Assembly: GCA_963837485.1 (NCBI GenBank) | Contig: CAWINP010000017.1 | Span: forward strand, 21,885-85,884 | DNA: 64,000 bases | DNA from: an uncultured Solirubrobacteraceae bacterium | GTDB taxonomy: Bacteria; Actinomycetota; Thermoleophilia; Solirubrobacterales; Solirubrobacteraceae | Direction: 5' to 3' | In this document: piece by piece, positions 1 to 7,264 of the stretch | Layout: every line of letters starts with the position of its first letter | Position numbering within the stretch: the first letter of the stretch is position 1 | Notes under the pieces: generated by a model | Database searches by the model: none | What the model was told of the DNA's origin: nothing | The model's input: the letters and a program-made list of their open reading frames with translations, nothing else | Translations under genes and position numbers: made by a program

Positions 1-1
1 C

Positions 2-298
2 CGGCAGGCGTACGAGGGCGTACCGCCGGCGGCCTCGGGCCCCGCAATCGACGGCGTCGCCCACGTCGGCGCGGTGTTCGTGGCTCCCTCGCACTGGCGG
101 CGCGGGATGGCACGGCGGATGCTCGAGCTGGCCGAGGACGAGATGCGCTCGCGCGGGTTCTCGCGCGCGATGCTGTGGACGCCGGACGGCGCTCCCGCCG
201 AGCGCCTGTACACGGCGCTGGGATGGGCGCGCGACGGGCGGCGCATGTGGCACGACTGGGTCGGCGTCTGGGTCGTGGGGTACGCGAAGGCGCTATGA
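2..298 (+). CDS. GNAT family N-acetyltransferase (5'-truncated by window edge)
   Basis: The frame is open from position 2. It has the GNAT motif A 'VFVAPSHWRRGMARRML' and 'AERLYTALGW'. Its TGA overlaps the next ATG (ATGA). Confidence 0.8.
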   Translation, partial: RQAYEGVPPAASGPAIDGVAHVGAVFVAPSHWRRGMARRMLELAEDEMRSRGFSRAMLWTPDGAPAERLYTALGWARDGRRMWHDWVGVWVVGYAKAL

Positions 299-1464
299 GG
301 GTCCTCCTCGGGGCGTTCGGGGACCCGGGCCACGCGTTCCCGATGCTCGCGCTGGGGTCGGCGCTCTTCGAGGCGGGGCACGACGTGGGGATCCAGACGT
401 GGCGACGCTGGTCTTCGGAGGCGGCCGCAGCGGGTATGACGTTCTCGGCGGCGCCCGAGTATCAGGTGTTCCCGACTCGGGAACAGCCGCTGAAGCCCTA
501 CGAGGCGGCCGTGCGAGCGGCATCCGAGACCGTGCCGTTCGTGCGGTCCTTCGCGCCCGACGTCGCGGTGTCGGACATCCTGACTCTGGCCCCGGCGCTG
601 GCCGCGGAGCTGTGCGGCGTGCCGGTGGCGACGTTCGTGCCGCACCTGTTCCCGGCGGTGCCGCCGGGCTTCCCGCCGTTCTCGATCGGGGCGAGGTTGC
701 CGCGAACCCGGCTGGGTGCTCGGCTGTGGCGCGCGACCGACCGGCTGGTGGCGCGAGGATTGGAGCAGGGGCGGCGCGAGTACAACGAGTCCCGCGCGCG
801 GCTCGGGCTCGGTCCGCGGCCGTGGGTGCACACGGGGCTGTCGCGCTCGCTGACGCTGGTCGGGGCGCTGCCGCAGCTCGAGTACCCGCGCGACTGGGAG
901 CCGTGGGTGCGGGTTGTGGGGCCGCTGATGTGGGAGCCGCCGGGGCCGCTGGTCGAGCCGGTCGCGGGCTCCGGCCCCGTCGTGCTGGTCGCGCCGTCGA
1001 CGTCGCAGGACAAGGCGGGACGGCTCGTGCGGGCGGCGCTGGAGGGGCTGGCGGACGAGCCGGTGCGCGTGATCGCGATCGGCGACGTCGACTCCCCGCC
1101 CGCCAACGCGGTCGTGACGTCCTGGGCGTCGTACGCGCGCACCATGCCGCGCTGCGACCTCGTGGTCTGCCACGGCGGGCACGGGACGCTGGTGCGCGCG
1201 CTGGCCTCCGGCTGCCCCGTCGTCATCTGCCCGGCCGGCGGGGACATGGGCGAGAACGCGGCGCGCGTCGACTGGGCGGGGCTCGGGGTGCGCCTGCCGA
1301 TGCGCTTCTGCACGCCGTGGGGCGTCCGCCTGGCCGTCCGCCGCGCGCTGGCGCGCCGTGGCGCCCGCACGCGGGCCAGGGCGGTCGCCGCGTGGGCGGC
1401 GGCGCACCCCGGCCCCGAGCGGGGGGTCGCCGAGATCGAGGCGTGGGCGCTCAGGCTTCCGTGA
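295..1464 (+). CDS. Family 1 (MGT/UDP) glycosyltransferase
   Basis: N-terminal 'GDPGHAFP' and C-terminal 'VVCHGGHGT...P...D...N' GT1 motifs. The start at ATG 295 is coupled to the upstream gene. Confidence 0.85.
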   Translation: MRVLLGAFGDPGHAFPMLALGSALFEAGHDVGIQTWRRWSSEAAAAGMTFSAAPEYQVFPTREQPLKPYEAAVRAASETVPFVRSFAPDVAVSDILTLAPALAAELCGVPVATFVPHLFPAVPPGFPPFSIGARLPRTRLGARLWRATDRLVARGLEQGRREYNESRARLGLGPRPWVHTGLSRSLTLVGALPQLEYPRDWEPWVRVVGPLMWEPPGPLVEPVAGSGPVVLVAPSTSQDKAGRLVRAALEGLADEPVRVIAIGDVDSPPANAVVTSWASYARTMPRCDLVVCHGGHGTLVRALASGCPVVICPAGGDMGENAARVDWAGLGVRLPMRFCTPWGVRLAVRRALARRGARTRARAVAAWAAAHPGPERGVAEIEAWALRLP

Positions 1465-1469
1465 CGCCG

Positions 1470-2285
1470 TCAGCCGGAGCGCTTGAGCTTGCCGGTCCGC
1501 TTGGCGTAGCGCTCGCCCGCCCTGAAGACGGCAAGACCGAGCGGGATCGAGACGGCGCCGATGGCCACCAGCGGCACGAAGTCGCCCATCTGCACGCCAG
1601 CGCCGTTGAGGATCGCGTCGCGGATCCCCTCCAGCGCGTAGGTCGCCGGGCTGATCGTGGCCAGCCACTGCATCCACTGCGGCATCACCTCGACCGGGTA
1701 GTACACGCCGCTGACCACGAGCATCAGGCCCTGGGCGACGAAGCCCAGCTGGGCGCCCTTCTCGGGCGAGATCAGCGGCAGGACCGCGGTGATCATCCCC
1801 ACGCCGACGAAGCTCACCGACGCGGTCGCGAGCAGGATCAGCGCCGCCCCCCAGTTCGCGTGCGGGAAGTCGAGCCCGAAGAACAGCGCGACGGCCGCGA
1901 ACAGCAGCGACGTGCGCACGACGCCGTAGAGCACGGCGAACGCGCCCATGCCGAGCAGGTGCACGGCGCGGCTGAGCGGCGCCATGAACGTGTACTCGAT
2001 CGTGCCCTCCCAGCGCTCCCACGCGACGGTCTCGGTCAAGGTCTCGAACACGATCCCCAGGTAGGACCAGATCACCGCGCCGATCAGCAGGATCGTCGTC
2101 TGGCGCTCCACGTCGAGCGTGCCGCCGCCGGCCTGGATGCCGTCGGCGATGAACACGATCGTGAGCGTGTTCGCGATCGTCCAGACGAAGAACGCGAGCT
2201 CCCACCAGCCGTAGCGCTTGACGAGATACGTATTGCGCTCGACGACGCCGAGCAGCGCGATGCCCTGCAACCGGACCGTGCCCAT
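1470..2285 (-). CDS. ABC-2 type transporter permease
   Basis: Several hydrophobic segments, with 'ERWEGTIEYTFMAP' and 'SGVYYPVEVMPQWMQ...SPATYALEGIR'. Confidence 0.85.
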   Translation of the reverse strand: MGTVRLQGIALLGVVERNTYLVKRYGWWELAFFVWTIANTLTIVFIADGIQAGGGTLDVERQTTILLIGAVIWSYLGIVFETLTETVAWERWEGTIEYTFMAPLSRAVHLLGMGAFAVLYGVVRTSLLFAAVALFFGLDFPHANWGAALILLATASVSFVGVGMITAVLPLISPEKGAQLGFVAQGLMLVVSGVYYPVEVMPQWMQWLATISPATYALEGIRDAILNGAGVQMGDFVPLVAIGAVSIPLGLAVFRAGERYAKRTGKLKRSG

Positions 2286-3061
2286 CACGCGGCCTCCGGT
2301 TCTTCTTCGTCTTCCAGCACCTTGCCGGTCGCGTTCAGGAACGCGTCCTCGAGCGTCGCCGCGCCGTAGCGCGCGCGGAGCTTGGCGGGCGCGTCGAGCG
2401 CGAGCAGGCGCCCCTGGTCGATGATGCCGACGCGGTCGGCGAGCGCCTCGGCCTCGGCCATGTCGTGCGTGCACAGCAGCGTCGTGGTGTCGTGCGTGCG
2501 CCGCATCCGCGTGATGAACTCGCGCACCTCGAGCTTGGACCGGGGATCGAGCCCGGTCGTCGGCTCGTCGAGCAGCAGCAGCGTCGGCGAGGTCAGCAGC
2601 GCGCGGGCGAGCGCGACCTTCTGCTGCATACCGCGGCTGAGGTCCTCCATCGGCTCCCGGGCGCGCTTGGCCGGGAAGCCGACGGCGTCCAGGATCTGCG
2701 GCACCTCGGCCTTCGTGCGCCGCGGCGTGAGGCCGTAGAAGCGGGCCGAGTAGGCGAGATTCTCGCCGGCCGACATGCGCTTGAAGAACGAGGCCTCGAC
2801 GGACACGCGATTGACGAGCCGCCGCACGGCCTTCTCCTCGCGCACGACGTCGTGGCCGAACACGCGCGCCTGGCCCTGCTCGTGCAGCAGCAGCGTGGCG
2901 AGCACGCGCACGAGCGTGGACTTGCCCGACCCGTTCTGGCCCAGGACGGCGACGCACTCCCCGCGCGCGATGGTCAGCGAGACGCGGTCCAGCGCCCGGC
3001 GGTTCCGGTCACGGCGGGAGAACGACTTGACGAGATCGACGACTTCGACTGCTGGGGTCAC
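2285..3061 (-). CDS. ABC transporter ATP-binding protein
   Basis: Walker A GQNGSGKS, signature LSRGMQQK, Walker B LLLLDEP. RBS AAGGAG upstream. Confidence 0.9.
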   Translation of the reverse strand: MTPAVEVVDLVKSFSRRDRNRRALDRVSLTIARGECVAVLGQNGSGKSTLVRVLATLLLHEQGQARVFGHDVVREEKAVRRLVNRVSVEASFFKRMSAGENLAYSARFYGLTPRRTKAEVPQILDAVGFPAKRAREPMEDLSRGMQQKVALARALLTSPTLLLLDEPTTGLDPRSKLEVREFITRMRRTHDTTTLLCTHDMAEAEALADRVGIIDQGRLLALDAPAKLRARYGAATLEDAFLNATGKVLEDEEEPEAA

Positions 3062-3232
3062 TGAGATGCTCCTTGACGAGAGTTAGGCGGGCAGGGGCGA
3101 TCCACCGAGGCGGCGCTCGGCTTCGTCCTGCGAGGTCCTAGCTCTGGAGGCGCATCACTTTTCGAAAGTACCAGCTTCGTGTGACGAGCACGACCCGGCG
3201 CCGGGTTCGAATCCGGTTCGCTGCTTAACGAC

Positions 3233-3256
3233 GAAGGGCCCCGCTCGGGGCCCTTC
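3233..3256 (-). terminator. Intrinsic terminator hairpin downstream of tRNA-Asn
   Basis: GAAGGGCCCC-GCTC-GGGGCCCTTC, a perfect 10-bp stem directly after the tRNA 3' end. Confidence 0.7.
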
Positions 3257-3260
3257 TCTA

Positions 3261-3334
<74 letters not shown>

Positions 3335-3339
3335 TTGAG

Positions 3340-4083
3340 CTACCCCCCGCGAAGTCGGATCGGCAACGCGCTCATAGTAGTAGGAACGGCGGGGAGAGCG
3401 AGATCGCCGGCTTCGACCTCCGCATGGCAGTTCGAGCACAGCAGGACGCACTTGGCCGCTTCGGCGCGTACCGACTCCAAAGACCGCGTCACGCCCTGTC
3501 CCGACAGCGCGAACGTCTTCTGTGTGGCATCGCGATGGTGGAAATGCAGAGCGCCGAGCGTGCGGCTATAGCCGCAGACGACGCACGCTCCGCCAGCCTC
3601 CGCGACGAGGATACGCTTGATCTCGCGGCGCCGGCGTTGGACCGCTCTCGCGCGACACAACTGGCAGCGGAAGCCGTCAGTGCCGCGGCGGACGAACGTG
3701 GTGACACCGTGCGTCGGACACTCCGCCTCGGTCGCCTCTGCCCCGGCGAGCCGCGCCGCCGCGGTCTGCGCGAGCCGGCGCGCTCGCGGCGTCTGGAGCT
3801 CGTGCTTGGCCAGCCAGTGTCGGACCGTCGTATACGACACGCTGAGCTGCGCGGCGATCTGGCGAATCGAGAGGCCTTGTTCGACAAGCGCCTGGAGCCG
3901 GTCTCGCTCGATGGCTCCCCGCGACGCGTGGCGGGGCGCGTGGGACGAGATGAGGCCGTGCTTGTTGACCCAGTACGCGACCGTCGACGCCGGGCGGCCG
4001 GACTCGCGGGCGATCGACTCGATCGAGCGGCCTTCGGCGAGCTGCGCGGCGAGCGTGGCAGCGTCCAATGACCACACGAACAC
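3340..4083 (-). CDS. HTH-HTH / zinc-finger / HNH endonuclease-like protein
   Basis: Two HTH-like units ('SIESIARESGRPASTVAYW', 'SIRQIAAQLSVSYTTVRHW'), a CxxH...CxxC unit, then the HNH-type 'CVVCGY...LHFHH...CVLLCSNCHAEVE'. The start may be GTG 4083 or TTG 4068. Confidence 0.8.
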   Translation of the reverse strand: MFVWSLDAATLAAQLAEGRSIESIARESGRPASTVAYWVNKHGLISSHAPRHASRGAIERDRLQALVEQGLSIRQIAAQLSVSYTTVRHWLAKHELQTPRARRLAQTAAARLAGAEATEAECPTHGVTTFVRRGTDGFRCQLCRARAVQRRRREIKRILVAEAGGACVVCGYSRTLGALHFHHRDATQKTFALSGQGVTRSLESVRAEAAKCVLLCSNCHAEVEAGDLALPAVPTTMSALPIRLRGG

Positions 4084-4090
4084 TAGTTCG
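4077..4090. promoter_or_regulatory. LexA (SOS) box CGAAC-ACTA-GTTCG at the start of the HNH gene
   Basis: Perfect match to the Gram-positive/actinobacterial CGAAC-N4-GTTCG consensus. It lies within a 26-bp palindrome at 4071-4096. Confidence 0.75.
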
Positions 4091-4112
4091 TGTGGTGGAC
4101 GGAAAGCCCTGC

Positions 4113-6050
4113 TCAGGTCAGCTTATGGCGGATCTCGTCGAGCACGCGCTGGCGCTCGACGGCAAGCTCGCGGACGCCGGTGCCGCCCGAGAGCCGGGCG
4201 CTCGAGATGTGGCGCTCGAGCCGGTGGAGATCGAGCTGCAGCGCTTCCAGCTCGAGTTTCTCCGGCGTCGCCTCCAACTGGCCCGCGCGGATCACGAGCT
4301 CGGCCACCAGCCGGGCGAGGGCCTCGTTCCCGGTGGGGAGATCGGCGGCCGGCCTCCGCAGGCGCCCGCGCAGGTACGCGGCCGCCTCGCGTGTCGCGGG
4401 CGAGCTGAAGTAGTCATCCAGATTGGCCGCGGCGAGTCGCTCGTTGCCCTCCTCCGGCAGCGCCAGGCAGTACGCAAGGAACGCCCGCTCGCTCTTTTCC
4501 CCGGCAGTGAGGGCTCTGCTGGGATCGCTGCTGTCGCCGGACGAGTGGAGGATCTCGTAGCCGCGCGGCCGGCGATCTGCCCACCTACCGCGACTCCGGA
4601 ATTCGCCTGAGCGGACGCGCTCACCCGGAAACATCGCGCGGCGGCCACCGACCGTCCCTGCTGAGCCGTCTGATCGAGGAGCGCCGTGACCATCGTGCTG
4701 CCTCGCGAGAGCATCGAATTCGTTGCGCTGGTGCGCGGCCGCGAGCAGTTCGTTGACGAGGTTTGCCGTTATGCCAAGGCGATTGGAGAGCAACTGCACC
4801 AACTCGTCTCTTAGGACGCTCTGATCGAGCGGTGCGACGACTCCTGCCACTTGACGGAGAATCGCGTCGCGTCCGTCGGCACTCCCGGTGTCGCCGAGCT
4901 CCAGCGCGCGATCGACTCGAAAGCGCTCCAGGAGCACAGCGCGATCGAGGAGCTGCCGAAGCGCGTCCCCGCCTATGCGCCGCACGACGTCTGCCGGATC
5001 CTCACCCGGCGGGAGACGAACGATGCGTTTCTCGACCGACCGCGTCAGTCGCACGCTGTTGTGCTCGTCAAGGGCGTCGATGCCCTTTTCTACGGAGCTC
5101 TGTCCCGCCGCGTCGGGGTCCTGGCAGAAGAGAGCCTGGGGCGCGAGCTTCGCGATCGCTTCCATCTGCGGTGCGGTCAATGCGGTACCCATCGTCGCCA
5201 CAACTTCTGGAACGCCTGCCTGACGCAATGCGATGACATCCGTGTAGCCCTCGACGATGACGACGCGCCCCGCCTTTGCCGCGGCCGCCCGCGCGAGGTC
5301 GGCCCCGTAGACGATGCGCGACTTGTGGAACAGCTCGCTCTCGGACGTGTTCAAGTACTTCGGCGTGTCATCCGGCTTCATCGCCCGGGCCCCGAACCCG
5401 AGCACGTGTCCGCGAGCGTCGGCGAGCGGGAACGTGACCCGCCCGCGGAAGCGATCGATCAGCTTCCCGTTACGCGCCCGCTGGGCCAGGCCGGCCGCGA
5501 GCAGCTCGTCAGCCGAGTAGCCCGCGCGCGAGGACGCGATGACGACGCGCTCCCAGGTGTCGGGCGCCCAACCGACCCGGTACTCGCGCAGCGCGCCCTC
5601 CTCGAGCCCGCGCCCGAGCAGGTACTCGCGCGCCGGCGCCGCCTCCTCGCTCTCCCACAGCAGCCGCACGTACCACGCCGCCGTCCGCTCCAGCAGGGCC
5701 AGCAGGCGCTCGCGCGCCTCCCGGGTCGCCGCCTCGCGAGGGTCCTCGGCCTCGCGCTCCAGCGGTACGCGGTAGCGCTCGGCGAGCCACTCGAGAGCAG
5801 CGGTGAAATCGAGCCCTTCGGTCTCCATCACGAACTTGAAGACGTCGCCGCCCGCCTGGCAGCCGAAGCAGTAGTAGAGCTTCTCCGTGGGGTCGATCCC
5901 GAACGAGGGCGTCCGCTCGTCGTGGAACGGGCACAGCCCCTGCAGCCGGTTCACGCCTGAGCGCTTGAGCTCCGTGCGCGCGCCGACCAGCTCCGCGAAG
6001 TCGGCGGCATCGCGCACCCGTTCGCGCGAGTCGTTCGTGTAGCGCGGCAT
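4113..6050 (-). CDS. dnaG: DNA primase
   Basis: CHC2 zinc finger 'CPFHDERTPSF...CFGC', 'PKYLNT', TOPRIM 'VEGYTDV...DPDAAG'. Start MPRYT at 6050. Confidence 0.95.
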   Translation of the reverse strand: MPRYTNDSRERVRDAADFAELVGARTELKRSGVNRLQGLCPFHDERTPSFGIDPTEKLYYCFGCQAGGDVFKFVMETEGLDFTAALEWLAERYRVPLEREAEDPREAATREARERLLALLERTAAWYVRLLWESEEAAPAREYLLGRGLEEGALREYRVGWAPDTWERVVIASSRAGYSADELLAAGLAQRARNGKLIDRFRGRVTFPLADARGHVLGFGARAMKPDDTPKYLNTSESELFHKSRIVYGADLARAAAAKAGRVVIVEGYTDVIALRQAGVPEVVATMGTALTAPQMEAIAKLAPQALFCQDPDAAGQSSVEKGIDALDEHNSVRLTRSVEKRIVRLPPGEDPADVVRRIGGDALRQLLDRAVLLERFRVDRALELGDTGSADGRDAILRQVAGVVAPLDQSVLRDELVQLLSNRLGITANLVNELLAAAHQRNEFDALARQHDGHGAPRSDGSAGTVGGRRAMFPGERVRSGEFRSRGRWADRRPRGYEILHSSGDSSDPSRALTAGEKSERAFLAYCLALPEEGNERLAAANLDDYFSSPATREAAAYLRGRLRRPAADLPTGNEALARLVAELVIRAGQLEATPEKLELEALQLDLHRLERHISSARLSGGTGVRELAVERQRVLDEIRHKLT

Positions 6051-7210
6051 CAGAGCGCGAGGCCGTGAGGGACGAAGCGGTCCGTCCAGGCGCGGATCGC
6101 GAAGCGGTCGGTCATGCCGGCGAGATAGTCGATCACGCGATCGGCATCGAGCCCTCCGGCGCCCTCCGGGATTCCCTGACGGCACGCTTCGAGCCCTCCG
6201 GCGCCTTCCGGGATTCCCTGACGGCACGCATCGAGCCCTCCGGCGCCCTCCGGGATTCCCTGACGGCACGCATCGAGCCCTCCGGCGCCCTCCGGGATTC
6301 CCTGACGGCACGGGTCCGCGCCGCCCGGCGGCAGCTCGTCGAGGTGCTCGCAGTAGTACTCGAAGAGGCCTTGCAGCACGCGCTCGATCTTCGCGTGCTC
6401 GGCCCGCGCGCGCGGGCCGAGGTAGACGTGCTCGAACATGAAGGACCGCAGCGAGAGCATCGCGCGGCCGACCGCCTCCCCCTGCAGGATGTCCTCGCTC
6501 GAGTGCGCCACCAGGTCGTGTACCAGCGTGTCGATCCGCTGCGAGCCGGTAAGCCCCAGGATCGCGATCTCCTCTGCCGGCAGGTCGCCGGGCGCGAGCA
6601 CGCCGGCGCGCACCGCGTCGTCGATGTCGTGATTGATGTAGGCGATCCGGTCGACCAGCCGCACGATCTTGCCCTCGAGCGTCGCGGGCTCTCCCGCGCC
6701 GCTCGAGTGGCGCAGGATGCCATCGCGCACCGGCTCGGTCAGATTCAGGTCCTCGAGCACGTCGACCACGCGCAGCGAGTGCTCGTTGTGGCGGAAGCCG
6801 CGCCCGAAGCGCTCGCGCCCGCAGCGGTCCAGCACGTCCTCGCCGATGTGGCCGAACGGTGGATGCCCGACGTCGTGCCCCAGGCCGATCGCCTCGGTCA
6901 GATCCTCATTGAGCCGCAGCGCGCGGGCGACCGTGCGCGAGATCCCGGTCACCTCGAGCGTGTGCGTGAGCCGCGTGCGGTAGTGATCGCCCTCCGGCGC
7001 CACGAACACCTGCGTCTTGTGCTTGAGCCGCCGGAAGGCCTTCGAGTGCACGATCCGGTCGCGATCGCGCTGGAACGGGGTGCGCACGCCGCACTCGGCC
7101 TCCTCGCGCGCGCGCCGCGCGGGATACGACGGCGTGGCGAGCGCCGACAGCCAGCTCGCCTCCATGGCGCGCTGGCGCGCGGCGAAATCGGGCGGGCTGA
7201 CGGCGGTCAC
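6050..7210 (-). CDS. dgt: Deoxyguanosinetriphosphate triphosphohydrolase (HD family)
   Basis: Motifs 'RTPFQRDRDRIVHSKAFRRLKHKTQVF', 'RTRLTHTLEV', 'HDVGHPPFGH' and 'DYLAGMTD'. Confidence 0.93.
   Translation of the reverse strand: MTAVSPPDFAARQRAMEASWLSALATPSYPARRAREEAECGVRTPFQRDRDRIVHSKAFRRLKHKTQVFVAPEGDHYRTRLTHTLEVTGISRTVARALRLNEDLTEAIGLGHDVGHPPFGHIGEDVLDRCGRERFGRGFRHNEHSLRVVDVLEDLNLTEPVRDGILRHSSGAGEPATLEGKIVRLVDRIAYINHDIDDAVRAGVLAPGDLPAEEIAILGLTGSQRIDTLVHDLVAHSSEDILQGEAVGRAMLSLRSFMFEHVYLGPRARAEHAKIERVLQGLFEYYCEHLDELPPGGADPCRQGIPEGAGGLDACRQGIPEGAGGLDACRQGIPEGAGGLEACRQGIPEGAGGLDADRVIDYLAGMTDRFAIRAWTDRFVPHGLAL
6144..6311. repeat. In-frame 42-bp tandem repeat x4 in dgt (CRQGIPEGAGGLDA)
   Basis: Four near-identical units start at 6144, 6186, 6228 and 6270. 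Confidence 0.95.
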
Positions 7211-7264
7211 GCCGTCAATTCTGACGCCCGCCGCGGTCGGCCCTCGCGAGAATTCGCACTTTCC

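Noticed and set aside
3201-3216. CCGGGTTCGAATCCGG, a tRNA T-arm-like motif on the plus strand
   Set aside because: No D-arm, anticodon arm or acceptor stem can be built around it.
6144-6311. 42-bp repeats as a CRISPR array
   Set aside because: The units are directly adjacent with no unique spacers, lie in frame within dgt, and no cas genes are present.
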